A stretch of 64,000 nucleotides of DNA, taken from assembly GCA_965263035.1 (NCBI GenBank), contig OZ253580.1, positions 2,592,001 through 2,656,000 on the forward strand, given 5' to 3'. The number at the start of each line of letters is the position of its first letter. The first letter of the stretch is position 1. Origin of the DNA: Acidobacteriota bacterium. GTDB lineage: Bacteria > Acidobacteriota > UBA6911 > RPQK01 > JAJDTT01. A program made the translations under genes and the position numbers. This document shows, piece by piece, positions 30,172-40,428 of this stretch. The notes under the pieces were generated by a model that worked only from the letters and a program-made list of their open reading frames with translations, made no database searches and was not told the origin of the DNA.

Positions 30172-32502
30172 GTGATCAGAGGGGTTTCCGCGGTCCTGGC
30201 CGCCGCATCGCTGGCCGTGAGCCTGGCCGCGGGTACTGGAAGCAGACTGGCCGGAACCCGTCCCCTGCGGATGAAAGGGGACCTGTCTCTTCGGTTGGTA
30301 GAGGCGACCGACCGATTCCTGCTGCGGCGGATCGCCGAGTCGCCGAAGTCAAGAGAAAAATTCTGGAGCTGGGACTACTCCTCCCCGCGGTCGTACCTGG
30401 AATCGATCGAGTCGAACCGGGATCGATTTCGGCGCCGCATCGGCGCGGTGGACGACAGACTTCCGGTGGGGGACCTGGAACTGGTGGCCACCCTCACCGG
30501 TCCGTCCCTGGTTGCCGAGAACGGGCGACTCCGTGTGTTCGCCGTTCGCTGGCCGGTCCTGGACGGCGTGGACGCGGAAGGGTTGCTGGTAGAACCTGGC
30601 GGGAAAGCCCGAGCCCAGGTCGTGATTATCCCCGACGCAGACTGGACACCCGAGATGTTGGCGGGCCTGGACCCGCAGACCCCGCCCCGGCTTCAGGCCG
30701 CCCGGATCCTGGGGGAGGCGGGATGCCGGGTTCTGGTGCCGGCGCTGATCGACCGCAAGAACACCTGGTCGGGAAACCCCAGGGTCCGGATGAGCAACCA
30801 GACACACCGGGAGTTCATCTACCGGCAGGCCTACTTCATGGGGCGCCACTTGCTCGGCTACGAGGTGCAGAAGATCCTGGCGGCGCTCGACTACTTTTCC
30901 CGCAACCAGTCCGGCCCCGCCGGCCCGGATACGCCCCTTGGCGTCGCGGGACACGGAGAGGGCGGTTTGGTCGCCCTCTACACCGCCGCACTGGATTCGC
31001 GGGTGCGGGCGACGCTGGTCAGCGGTTACTTCGAACAGCGGGAGCGCGTCTGGCAGGAGCCCGTTTACCGCAACGTCTGGGGCCTCCTCGAGGAATTCGG
31101 GGACGCCGAGATCGCGAGTCTGATCGCGCCCCGCGCACTGCTCGTGGAGGCCTGCCGGGGTCCGGAGGTTCCCGGCCCTCCGCCGCCTCGAAACGGCCGT
31201 ATGGACGCGGCCTCAGGCAGGCTGGAGACTCCGCCCCTGGCCAGCGTCCGGGCCGAATTCCGGAGGGCTCGTAAGCACTTCGAACGGTTGGGAATTCCGG
31301 ACCGGCTCCGCCTGGTCGTCAGTGGCTCCGGAGAGGGTCCCCCGTTCTCTGACCGGGCGCTGGGGGCGCTGCTCTCGGCGCTGGATGACGGACTCACTCT
31401 TTCCGGTGAAAGCAGGCGAGAAGAACCGCTGCGGGATCGGCGTGCCGGGGTCGATCCCGCGATGCGGATGAAGCGCCAGTATCGGCAGTTGGTGGAACAT
31501 TGCCAGAAGCTGATGAGGCTCAGTTCCTTTCGGCGGGAACGATTCTGGTCGCAGGCAGACCCCTCATCCCCGGAACGATGGGTCCGGACGACCCGCGCCT
31601 ATCGGGATCATCTGTGGCGCGAGATCATCGGGTGGCTCCCGCCGGCCAGCGTTGAGCCTGATCCAAGGACACGCCAGATCTACGAAACGGACCGCTGGAG
31701 GGGTTACGAGGTCGTGCTCGGCACTTGGCCCGAGGTCTTCAGCTACGGCGTGATCCTGGTACCCAGGAATCTGAAGCCGGGAGAAAGACGCCCGGTCGTG
31801 GTCGCCCAGCATGGCCGGGCCGGCAGACCCCAGGACGTCTGCGACCCTGCACGAGACCAAGGCCCCTACCATGCCTTCGGCGCCAAATTGGCCGACCGCG
31901 GCTTCGTCGTCTACGCCCCTCAGAATCTCTACATCGGCGAGGAGAAGTACCGCGCGTTGCAGCGGAAGGCGAACCCGCTCAAGCTGACCTTCTTCGCCCC
32001 CATGGTGCGCCAGCACCAGCAGGTCTTGGAGTGGCTCGCTACGCTTCCCTTCGTCGACGCCGGCCGGATCGGCTTCTACGGGCTTTCCTACGGTGGAAAA
32101 TCGGCCATGCTGATCCCGGCGGTGCTGGAGAAATATGCGCTTTCGATCTGTTCCGGCGACTTCAATGAGGAGGTCTGGAAGCATGTGAGCATCGACGTCC
32201 CCTACAGCTTCATGTTGACCAGGGAGCACGAGCACAGCGAGTTCGACTTCGGCGAGAAGTTCAATTACGCCGAGATCGCCGGCTTGATCGCACCCCGGCC
32301 CTTCATGGTCGAGCGGGGACATCGAGACGGCGTCGGGGAGGACGAATGGGTGGCCTTCGAGTACGCCAAGGTGCGGCGCCTCTACGTGGGTCTGGGAATC
32401 GGGGACCGGACGCGAATCGAGTACTTCGACGGAGCCCACGAGATCCACGGCAAGGGCACCTTCGAGTTCCTCCACCAGCATCTGGACTGGCCACGGCGTT
32501 GA
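30172..32502 (+). CDS. Secreted tandem alpha/beta hydrolase (dienelactone hydrolase/acetyl-xylan-esterase-like)
   Basis: Two hydrolase repeats, each with LIAPR; the first elbow GHGEGG has no Ser, the second is GLSYGG. Confidence 0.8.
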   Translation: MIRGVSAVLAAASLAVSLAAGTGSRLAGTRPLRMKGDLSLRLVEATDRFLLRRIAESPKSREKFWSWDYSSPRSYLESIESNRDRFRRRIGAVDDRLPVGDLELVATLTGPSLVAENGRLRVFAVRWPVLDGVDAEGLLVEPGGKARAQVVIIPDADWTPEMLAGLDPQTPPRLQAARILGEAGCRVLVPALIDRKNTWSGNPRVRMSNQTHREFIYRQAYFMGRHLLGYEVQKILAALDYFSRNQSGPAGPDTPLGVAGHGEGGLVALYTAALDSRVRATLVSGYFEQRERVWQEPVYRNVWGLLEEFGDAEIASLIAPRALLVEACRGPEVPGPPPPRNGRMDAASGRLETPPLASVRAEFRRARKHFERLGIPDRLRLVVSGSGEGPPFSDRALGALLSALDDGLTLSGESRREEPLRDRRAGVDPAMRMKRQYRQLVEHCQKLMRLSSFRRERFWSQADPSSPERWVRTTRAYRDHLWREIIGWLPPASVEPDPRTRQIYETDRWRGYEVVLGTWPEVFSYGVILVPRNLKPGERRPVVVAQHGRAGRPQDVCDPARDQGPYHAFGAKLADRGFVVYAPQNLYIGEEKYRALQRKANPLKLTFFAPMVRQHQQVLEWLATLPFVDAGRIGFYGLSYGGKSAMLIPAVLEKYALSICSGDFNEEVWKHVSIDVPYSFMLTREHEHSEFDFGEKFNYAEIAGLIAPRPFMVERGHRDGVGEDEWVAFEYAKVRRLYVGLGIGDRTRIEYFDGAHEIHGKGTFEFLHQHLDWPRR

Positions 32503-32558
32503 TTTCCGGTAACCGCTTCCCGCCGTGGCAATTTCCCGACATAATGCCTTCAAGTTCC

Positions 32559-33044
32559 ATGCTGCCTCGACCTTCGCCGCAATTGCTCGTCATCCTGGGC
32601 TGCCTCCTGATTCCGGCATCGTGCGGGACGTCGCCCCAAGCGCCGAGGTCCGACGGCGGCGAGACGATGCCGGAACCGTCGATAGCGGCGGGAACGATGT
32701 TTCGGGCCTTCCATCACATCGGGCTACCCACCGAAGATCCCCAGGCGGACGAGGCCTATGTGGAAGAGACCAAGGTGTGGGTGACCGACCCGGCCGATCA
32801 TCCCTGCCGCGTCGAGTTTCTGCGTTACGAGGAGGACTCTCCCGTCACCGGCCCCTTGCGCGAGAAGCCTCACGTCGCCTATCGGGTCGAGGAGCTCAAG
32901 ACGGCGCTGGAGGGCAAGGAACTGCTTCTGGAGCCCTTCATCCCCATGCCCGGCCTCAGCGTCGCCTTCTTCGAGGAGGACGGCGTGGTGATCGAGTACA
33001 TGCAGTTCGAAGGGGGCGCGACGGAGTTCGACGACCTGAAATGA
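32559..33044 (+). CDS. VOC/glyoxalase-like protein, possible lipoprotein
   Basis: FHHIGLP...VEFLRY...PHVAYRV...AFFEEDGVVIEY; start uncertain. Confidence 0.7.
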   Translation: MLPRPSPQLLVILGCLLIPASCGTSPQAPRSDGGETMPEPSIAAGTMFRAFHHIGLPTEDPQADEAYVEETKVWVTDPADHPCRVEFLRYEEDSPVTGPLREKPHVAYRVEELKTALEGKELLLEPFIPMPGLSVAFFEEDGVVIEYMQFEGGATEFDDLK

Positions 33045-33056
33045 GGTCCGGCCAAA

Positions 33057-33992
33057 TCAGGAGAACAGGCTCTCCAGCGTGACCTCCCGCTGTTCGGCAA
33101 GCGAGCGCCTGCCCGCCTCCAGCGCCGCGATGACTTCGACTTCCTCTTCGATGGGGACCGATTCCTCACCCGTCCGGACGTAGTCCAGGACCGCTTTCAG
33201 CAGGTACCAGTAGAGGTCGCTCAGATCGGGCCTCAACGTCCGCCAATCCTGCTTGCCGAAGAGGCTGATCTGATACCCGGAACGCATCCACTCCCGTTCC
33301 CCCACCATCAACACCACGTCGCGATGATCCGCGAACCGGATCCGAACCACGTTGAGGCCGGGCTGGCCCACGTTGACGGCCGAGACGGCGCCGCCTCCGA
33401 GCACGGCATAGACCATGGAAAGGGCGTGGATACCGTAGTAGATCAGCTCGTTTCCGCAGACGGCTTGGGCCAGGTAGACGGGGCCCAATTCGGGTAGCTG
33501 TGTCCTCAACCGCAGGATATCCGGAACGAACCTCAGCGAACTGGCCGACATGAACGGGGTCCCGGTCTCAAGGGCCAGGTCCGCCACCGCCTTGGCCCCG
33601 CAGGCGGTCATCGCCAGCGGCTTGTCGCAAAACGTGGGGACCCCGGTTCTCAAGGGATGGATCGCGTACTTGGAATGCTCGCCCGATCCGTCGTCGACGA
33701 GGATCGCCAAATCGACCCCTTCGGAGCATTCTTCCGGTGTCCGGCAGACGGTGGGAATGCCGCAGGCGGCGGCCAGACGCCGGGCCCACACCGGCTCCTG
33801 GTCCCACACCTTGACGACCCGGGCGCCCCCGATCCGTTTTTGGGCCCGGACGAAGGTCCAGTCGTATTTCCGCACTTCCGATTCATCGAAGCCGTTGAAG
33901 GTGGACGCGAAGGCGGTCCCGTGATGCGAACCGGGCCGCCGGGGTTCCTTCCGGTAGCGGTAGGTGGCCGCCGAGATGAGACCGATGCGCAC
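33057..33992 (-). CDS. Gfo/Idh/MocA-family oxidoreductase
   Basis: FCDKPLA, SASSLRF and YYGIHAL; GTG start after AAGGGAG; the longer ORF-track start lies inside a MITE. Confidence 0.82.
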   Translation of the reverse strand: MRIGLISAATYRYRKEPRRPGSHHGTAFASTFNGFDESEVRKYDWTFVRAQKRIGGARVVKVWDQEPVWARRLAAACGIPTVCRTPEECSEGVDLAILVDDGSGEHSKYAIHPLRTGVPTFCDKPLAMTACGAKAVADLALETGTPFMSASSLRFVPDILRLRTQLPELGPVYLAQAVCGNELIYYGIHALSMVYAVLGGGAVSAVNVGQPGLNVVRIRFADHRDVVLMVGEREWMRSGYQISLFGKQDWRTLRPDLSDLYWYLLKAVLDYVRTGEESVPIEEEVEVIAALEAGRRSLAEQREVTLESLFS

Positions 33993-34026
33993 GTTTCGCT
34001 CCCTTCGTGCCGAGGGGCCGGCTTGA

Positions 34027-34185
34027 CAGCCCGTGGTAAAAGTCGTCACGGCATTCAACCGTCCCTGCATCGTGCGCGGACTGCGTTGCTCCCCGGTCAC
34101 ATACTCCCGGTATGCTCCCTCAGAGCGCCTGGTCCGGCGGGCGCAGGAACGGTCTCGGTGCTCGCGGGACTTTCACCACGGACTG
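34027..34185 (+). mobile_element. MITE family A, copy 3 (159 bp)
   Basis: Same TIRs as the other copies; TSD TTGA at 34023-34026 and 34186-34189. Confidence 0.88.
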
Positions 34186-34295
34186 TTGACGCGCCGTGAC
34201 CCGGCAAACTAACCTGCCACAACACTATAGACACGGAGATCCGAAGAATCTCCCCCGCCAGCCGGAACTCGGCGCATCCTTCCGGGAGCAGGAAA

Positions 34296-35333
34296 ATGGA
34301 CAAGACGAGATACGGAGTCATCGGGCTGGGCTGGTTCGGAGAGAAGCACCTGGAAGCGCTCGCCGGCAACCCGGGAGTCGAAATCCACGCCCTGTGCACC
34401 CGGACCCCGGAACGACTGGCCCAGGTCGCCGAACGTTTCCAGGTCCGGAAGACCTACACCGACTATCGGGAAATGCTGGAGGATCCGGGGCTGGACAGCG
34501 TCAGCATCACCACCATGTGGGACCAGCACCGCGACCCCACTCTGGCGGCGCTCGAGGCCGGGAAGCACGTCTTTCTGGAGAAGCCCATGGCTTCCACCGT
34601 CGAAGACTGCCAGGCCATCGTGGATGCGGCGGCGGTTTCGTCCGCCAAGTTCATGGTGGGTCACATCTGCCGCTTCAACCCCCGCTACGCCGCGGCCAAA
34701 CAGGCGGTGGACGAAGGCAGGCTGGGCCGGATCGTGGCGCTCTACGCCCGCCGCAACCTCCCGGCCCGGGTCGGATCCCAGGTGCTGGACAAGATCGGCC
34801 CCATCATTGGGGACGGGGTCCACGACACCGACCTCATGCTCTGGTTCACCGGCTCCAGGATCATCAGCGCCTACGGCCAGACGGTCGCGGTCCACGGGCA
34901 CAGGTACCCCGACGCGGGCCACGCCATGTACCGGTTCGACAATGGAGCCACCGGGGTGATCGAAGACATCTGGTGCCTGCCGGAGAAGACCCCCTTCCAG
35001 ATCGACGAGCGCATGGAGATCATCGGCACCGAGGGTTCGATTCAGGTCCACGACACGCATCCGAATCTGACCATTGTCGACCGGGAGGGAGTCCGCTGTC
35101 CCGACACGACCTACTGGCCGAATATCCACGGGGCCTGTACGGGAGCGCTCCGGGAAGAGTTGAACTATTTCGTGCGCAGCGTTGTCGACGACACCCCCAT
35201 CGACGTGATCACGCCCCGAGAGTCGCTGGAGGCGGTCCGCGCCTGTCTGGCGGCGGAGGAGTCCGCCAGGACCGGACAGGTCGTCCACCTGGACCAGCCT
35301 GAAATTTCATCGTGCGGCGACTTCGACTTCTGA
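34296..35333 (+). CDS. Gfo/Idh/MocA-family oxidoreductase
   Basis: GVIGLGWFG, GKHVFLEKPMA, VGHICRFNP and GVHDTD. Confidence 0.92.
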   Translation: MDKTRYGVIGLGWFGEKHLEALAGNPGVEIHALCTRTPERLAQVAERFQVRKTYTDYREMLEDPGLDSVSITTMWDQHRDPTLAALEAGKHVFLEKPMASTVEDCQAIVDAAAVSSAKFMVGHICRFNPRYAAAKQAVDEGRLGRIVALYARRNLPARVGSQVLDKIGPIIGDGVHDTDLMLWFTGSRIISAYGQTVAVHGHRYPDAGHAMYRFDNGATGVIEDIWCLPEKTPFQIDERMEIIGTEGSIQVHDTHPNLTIVDREGVRCPDTTYWPNIHGACTGALREELNYFVRSVVDDTPIDVITPRESLEAVRACLAAEESARTGQVVHLDQPEISSCGDFDF

Positions 35334-35352
35334 ACCCGGGGGACTGGACATC

Positions 35353-38300
35353 ATGACGAAATCCCGCATCGGATGGATCGCCGTCCTGTTTTCCTGCCTG
35401 TGTCAGACCAGCGCCGTGGACTGGGTGAAGGTGCCGGTGCCGGGCCGGCACGACTTCACGGGCCATGGCTGGTATCGAACCTGGTTCAAACCGCCCCAAC
35501 GATTCTTTGCCAAACACGAAAGGGACCTGTGGGGCGAATCGGTGATCTTCAATATCCAGGGTCTGGCCGGCGCCCATGAAGTCTACGTCAACGGGAAACG
35601 GATTGGCGGCGGCGGAACCTTTCCACCCGACTTCGAGGACGGACGGAAGGGCAATCACCAACACAAGGTTCCGTCCGGCAGCCTGGTGCCCGAGGCCTGG
35701 AACCAGCTCGCGGTCCGAGTCTACGCCCCCGACGGCCGAGGCGGCTTTCTGGGCGAGGCTCCCTTCCTCATGAACTACTTTCTGGAGTGCGTGTTCGACG
35801 GTCCATGGGACTTCCGTCCGGGGGACGTTCCCGTCTCCTTCGACGGCATACTCGACCGGCGGCCTTCACGCTCGGCCTTCGACCAATTTCGCGAGTCCAA
35901 CCGCGTGCTGGCGGAGGCGGAACGGTTCGTGCACGGCCACAAGCTGCCGCCCCTGGATTCTTTTCGGAAGATGAAGGCGGCGGACGATCTCGTGGTGGAA
36001 CTGATGCTGGCGGAACCGCTGGTGGCGCAGCCGACCCACTTCAGCTTCGATTCCCGCGGCCGCCTCTGGGTCTCTCAATTCCGGCAGTATCCGTTTCCCG
36101 CCGGACTGAAGATGATCAGCCGGGACCGCTACTACCGCTCGCATTACGACGAGGTGCCGGCGGCGCCCCCGCATCACGACCGCGGACGCGATCTGATCTC
36201 CATCCACGAGGACACCACGGGCGACGGCAGGTACGACCGCCACAAGGTCTTTCAGGACGGCTTGAACATGGCCAACGCGGCCCTGCGCGGCCGCGGCGGG
36301 GTGTGGGTGATGCACACCCCGTACCTGCTCTTCTATCCCGACCGGGACTTCGACGACGTCCCGGACGGGCCGCCGGCGGTCCACCTCCAGGGATTCGGCC
36401 TGGAGGACTCCCACGCCATCGCCAACGGACTGGCCTGGGGAATGGACGGTTGGCTCTATGGGACCCAAGGCAGCACCACGGCCTGCCACGTGACCCGTCC
36501 CGGAATCGATCCGCCGGATGCTCCCGCGGTCTACTACCAGGGCTGCATGGTCTGGCGCTATCACCCCGAGACCCGGCGCTTCGAACTCTTCTCCCAGGGC
36601 GGAGGCAACAATTTCGGCCTGGAGGTGGACGGTGCCGGCCGGCTCTTCACCGGGCACAACGGCGGCCAGACCCGCGGCTGGCACTTCCTGCAGGGCAGCA
36701 TGCACCTGATGCAGGGCACGACGCCCAACAAGTTCGGTCCGCCCCGGAATCCCTTCAGCTTCGGGGACCTGCCCAAAATGGTCAGCGAGCAGGACATCCG
36801 GCGGTTCACCCACTTCGGCGCCGTGGTGGAGGCCACGGCCATTCCCGGGAGGTATCAGGACTCGTTCTTCAGCGTGGACCCGCTTCACAACTTCGTCATC
36901 GCCAGCAGGCGAATCCGCGCGGGCGCCACCTTCAGGACCAGCGATCTGGGCAAGGTGCTGACCTCCGGCGACTTCGCCTTCCGCCCCGTGTTCATCGGCA
37001 ACGCCCCCGACGGCTCGGTCCTGATCGGCGACTTCTACAACCACTACATCGCCCACGGTCAGCACTACCAGAGCCAGATCGATCCCGGAACGGGGCGTAT
37101 CTTCCGGCTGCGGGGCAAGCAGGAGCCGCTGGAGCGGGACTTGGACCTGCGTGCCAAGTCCACCGGTCGACTGGTGGATCTGCTGAATCATCCCAACCGC
37201 TGGCACCGGCACACCGCCGTCCGCGTGCTGGGCGAGCGCAAGGACCCCGGTTCGGCCGACCGGTTGCGGCAACTGGTGGGAAGCGGCTCGGACCTCCAGT
37301 CGCTGTCTGCGCTCTGGGCCCTGTATCAGGCCTTCGGGTTGGATCAGGCGACGGCCCTGACCGCCCTGCGCCACCGTTACCCCATGGTCCGCTACTGGGC
37401 CGTCCGGCTGATCTGTGACGATGTCGGCTTCGCCAACCGCCGCTCCACACTGGGACTCGCCGACAGCCTGGGAGAACTGAAGGGCGGGACCACGCGGGTT
37501 CCCGATCGGCTCTTTCGAGCCATCCTGGAAAGCGCGGCCGGCGAGCGGGACGCCGAGGCCCGGTCTCAAATCGCCGCATCGGCCAGGCGACTGCCCGTCG
37601 ATCAGGCCCTCCCTCTGGTGACCGCTCTGCTGCGGCATGACGAGGACGTCGACGATCCGTATCTGCCGCTGCTCTCGTGGTGGGTTCTGGAAACCAATCT
37701 CGATCCCGAGCGGGACGCCGTCATGGAGCTGTTCGAAGATAAGGAGTTCCGGCTCCAACCGATGGTGAGACGGCACATTCTGGAACGGGTGATGCGAGCC
37801 CTGGCCCTGAAGGGCAAGAGCGGTGATCTGGAAGACTGTACGCGACTGCTGGAACTCGCCGTTGATGGAGAGGAGGAAGACTCGTTGCTCAAAGGGTTCG
37901 AGCTGGCTTATGCCGGCCGGCGGATCAGTAGTTTGCCGGATCGCCTGGTGCGGGGTCTGGTCGAGAGCGGCCGTTCCTCCCTGGAGCTGCGGGTGCGGTT
38001 GGGGGACGCCGACGCGTCCCGGGCCGCCGTCGAGCTGCTCCTGAGCCCTGAAGGCTCCCTCGAGGAACGGATCGCGGTGGCACGGACGCTGGGCGAGGTG
38101 AGGTCCGAAGACAGTGTCGAGCCGTTGACCCGGGTCTCGAACGCACCGGAGCCGCCGCTACAGCGGGCGGCCCTCGCGGCCCTCTCCTCCTTCAGCGACC
38201 CCGGCATCGGCCAGCAGGCTCTGGCGCGGTTTTCGGACTATTCGGATCAGGTCAGACCGGCCTTCTTCGACCTGATGCTGAGCCGGCCGGTCTGGACGCG

Positions 38301-38916
38301 GCAGTTGATTCAGGCCGTCTCCACGGGCGGGTTGGCGCCGGAGCTGGTTCCGGACGACGTCGCCGAGCGGCTGAGAGGGGATCAGGACCGGGAGATCGCC
38401 GGTCTGGCCAGGGAACACCTGGGCGGCGGAGAGGACCTGGACCGGGAAGGCGTCCAGCGCCGGATCGCGAGACTCAAGTCGATTCTGGCGGACGGGTCCG
38501 GCAATCCCTACGCCGGCGAGGCCGCCTACACCCGGCGATGCGGCTCCTGCCACAAGCTGTTTCACAAGGGAGGCGGCAGTGGACCCGACCTGACCGCGTA
38601 CCAGCGGGGCGACCTGGGGACGCTGCTCATCAGCATCGTCGATCCCGACGCGGAGATCCGCGAGGGCTTCGAGTACGTCACGCTGGTCACGGGGGAGGGA
38701 CGGACCCTGAGCGGCTTCCTCGCGGATCAGGACCCGCAGGTCGTCGTGTTGCGGGGAATGGCGGGAGAGGACATTCGCGTCGAGCGCCGGCTGGTCGAGT
38801 CGATCGAGCCAATGGGACGCAGCCTCATGCCCGCCAGGCTGCTGGAAGGACTGAACGATCAGGAGCTGCGAGACTTTTTCGCCTATCTGAGAATCTCCCA
38901 ACCCATCAGCCGCTGA
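35353..38916 (+). CDS. PVC-type heme-binding protein (sugar-binding-like N-domain, sorbosone-dehydrogenase-like propeller, HEAT repeats, cytochrome c)
   Basis: AEPLVAQP..FDSRGRLWV, NGLAWGMDGWLYG, FRPV...PDGS, CGSCH...GPDLT and SLMP. Confidence 0.85.
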   Translation: MTKSRIGWIAVLFSCLCQTSAVDWVKVPVPGRHDFTGHGWYRTWFKPPQRFFAKHERDLWGESVIFNIQGLAGAHEVYVNGKRIGGGGTFPPDFEDGRKGNHQHKVPSGSLVPEAWNQLAVRVYAPDGRGGFLGEAPFLMNYFLECVFDGPWDFRPGDVPVSFDGILDRRPSRSAFDQFRESNRVLAEAERFVHGHKLPPLDSFRKMKAADDLVVELMLAEPLVAQPTHFSFDSRGRLWVSQFRQYPFPAGLKMISRDRYYRSHYDEVPAAPPHHDRGRDLISIHEDTTGDGRYDRHKVFQDGLNMANAALRGRGGVWVMHTPYLLFYPDRDFDDVPDGPPAVHLQGFGLEDSHAIANGLAWGMDGWLYGTQGSTTACHVTRPGIDPPDAPAVYYQGCMVWRYHPETRRFELFSQGGGNNFGLEVDGAGRLFTGHNGGQTRGWHFLQGSMHLMQGTTPNKFGPPRNPFSFGDLPKMVSEQDIRRFTHFGAVVEATAIPGRYQDSFFSVDPLHNFVIASRRIRAGATFRTSDLGKVLTSGDFAFRPVFIGNAPDGSVLIGDFYNHYIAHGQHYQSQIDPGTGRIFRLRGKQEPLERDLDLRAKSTGRLVDLLNHPNRWHRHTAVRVLGERKDPGSADRLRQLVGSGSDLQSLSALWALYQAFGLDQATALTALRHRYPMVRYWAVRLICDDVGFANRRSTLGLADSLGELKGGTTRVPDRLFRAILESAAGERDAEARSQIAASARRLPVDQALPLVTALLRHDEDVDDPYLPLLSWWVLETNLDPERDAVMELFEDKEFRLQPMVRRHILERVMRALALKGKSGDLEDCTRLLELAVDGEEEDSLLKGFELAYAGRRISSLPDRLVRGLVESGRSSLELRVRLGDADASRAAVELLLSPEGSLEERIAVARTLGEVRSEDSVEPLTRVSNAPEPPLQRAALAALSSFSDPGIGQQALARFSDYSDQVRPAFFDLMLSRPVWTRQLIQAVSTGGLAPELVPDDVAERLRGDQDREIAGLAREHLGGGEDLDREGVQRRIARLKSILADGSGNPYAGEAAYTRRCGSCHKLFHKGGGSGPDLTAYQRGDLGTLLISIVDPDAEIREGFEYVTLVTGEGRTLSGFLADQDPQVVVLRGMAGEDIRVERRLVESIEPMGRSLMPARLLEGLNDQELRDFFAYLRISQPISR

Positions 38917-38922
38917 CGGTCA

Positions 38923-39020
38923 GGAGGGGCAACTTCCAGTCGCCCATTCCTCCGTTTCCCGTGCGTTTACTTCCCCCTGCTCCGTCGGGAGTTCGGCGGT
39001 TGGAAACCGCCGCTCCCTCC
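38923..39020. repeat. GGAG-type REP doublet (BIME-like)
   Basis: Similar to 18076-18172; contains palindrome CGGCGGTTGGAAACCGCCG. Confidence 0.78.
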
Positions 39021-40346
39021 CTAAACCTTCTCGGGAATCACCCACGGCTTCCGGTAGCTGCGCTTGAGAAAGGCGTCGGCTTCGGGACAGCCGGTGAAGG
39101 TTTCGGTCTTGGGATCCAGTGCCAGCCGCTGGTTGCCGACCCGGTAGGAGATGTTGGCCAGATGGCACAGCATCACTGACTGATGCCCGGTCTCCGCGGC
39201 GGCGGCGGGCTTGCGGCGGGTCCGGATGCACTCCACGAAATCGTCCTGGTGCTCCCGGTTCCCCTGGCGTCCGTATTCGGACCGCACCAGTTCGCCGTCG
39301 GCGTCGTAGGCCTGCCAGCCGCCGCCGTGGCGGCCGAAAGACATGTATCCGTCGGTGCCCAGGACCTCCACCTTGGTGCTGCTGAAGGGCCAGTCGGGGA
39401 AGCCGTCGGAGTTTCGGACGATCCCGGGCGTCTTCTTCATGTAGGGCGTCCACAGCGTCGCCTGCACGGTCATGGTGAGTCCATCGTATTCGAAGAGGGC
39501 CATCTGGGTATCGGGAGTGTCTCGTCCGTCCCGTAGGGAGTAGATGCCTCCCTGGTGGGAGGTCGTCCCGGGTGCGGGTGGATCGCCGATCAGATAACGG
39601 GCCAGATCCAGCTGGTGGACGAGGTCTCCGGCGATGGGACCGCAGCTGTACTCCCAGTAATTCAACCAGTACAGACCCGGGTTGTACGGCCGCTTGGCCG
39701 CGGGACCACACCAGAGATCCCAATCCAGACCATCGGGCGCCGGCTGGTCGGGCACCGGTTCCCGTTTGGGATGCTGCATCATGTTGTACACCCGGACCAG
39801 ATGCACGTCTCCCAGGTTGCCGGCGCGAATGTATTCCCGGGCCCGATGGACGTAGGGCGCGCTACGCGACTGCATGCCGACCTGGACGACGCGGCCGTAC
39901 TTGCTCTCCGCCTCCACCATCTTCCTCCCCTCCCAGATGGAATGGGCCATGGGCTTTTCCACGAAGACGTCCTTCCCCGCCTGGCAGGCCAGGATGGTGC
40001 CCAGGGCATGCCAGTGATCCGGCGTGGCGTTGACCAGGGCATCCACACGGCCGTCGTCCAGGATCTTCCGGAAGTCCTGCACCAATTTGGGGCGGGAGCG
40101 TTGGGCGGCTTCCACCGCTTTTTTCGCACGGTCGAACCGGCGGGTGTCGACGTCGCAGAGATAGGCGACCTCCACGTCCGAACGTTGGGCGAAGTCTCGG
40201 GCCAGGGAGGTGCCCCTGCCGCCCAGTCCCATGATGCCCACCACGACCCGTTCGTTGGCCCCCCGGACCGAGCCGCGGGACACCATGGCCACGGAGGCGG
40301 CCCCAAGCGAGCCGGTCATGAATTTTCTACGGTCTAGCGAACGCAT
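39021..40346 (-). CDS. Tat-exported Gfo/Idh/MocA-family oxidoreductase
   Basis: DRRKFM Tat motif; GLGGRG, ATPDHWH, GKDVFVEKP and LDWDLWCGPA. Confidence 0.92.
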   Translation of the reverse strand: MRSLDRRKFMTGSLGAASVAMVSRGSVRGANERVVVGIMGLGGRGTSLARDFAQRSDVEVAYLCDVDTRRFDRAKKAVEAAQRSRPKLVQDFRKILDDGRVDALVNATPDHWHALGTILACQAGKDVFVEKPMAHSIWEGRKMVEAESKYGRVVQVGMQSRSAPYVHRAREYIRAGNLGDVHLVRVYNMMQHPKREPVPDQPAPDGLDWDLWCGPAAKRPYNPGLYWLNYWEYSCGPIAGDLVHQLDLARYLIGDPPAPGTTSHQGGIYSLRDGRDTPDTQMALFEYDGLTMTVQATLWTPYMKKTPGIVRNSDGFPDWPFSSTKVEVLGTDGYMSFGRHGGGWQAYDADGELVRSEYGRQGNREHQDDFVECIRTRRKPAAAAETGHQSVMLCHLANISYRVGNQRLALDPKTETFTGCPEADAFLKRSYRKPWVIPEKV

Positions 40347-40428
40347 AGGATTCCTCCAATCTTTGCAATGAGCGTGCCGCCGGTCGGGGCGGCCGCCCTC
40401 ACGGACAAAACTTCCGCTCATGGACCCG

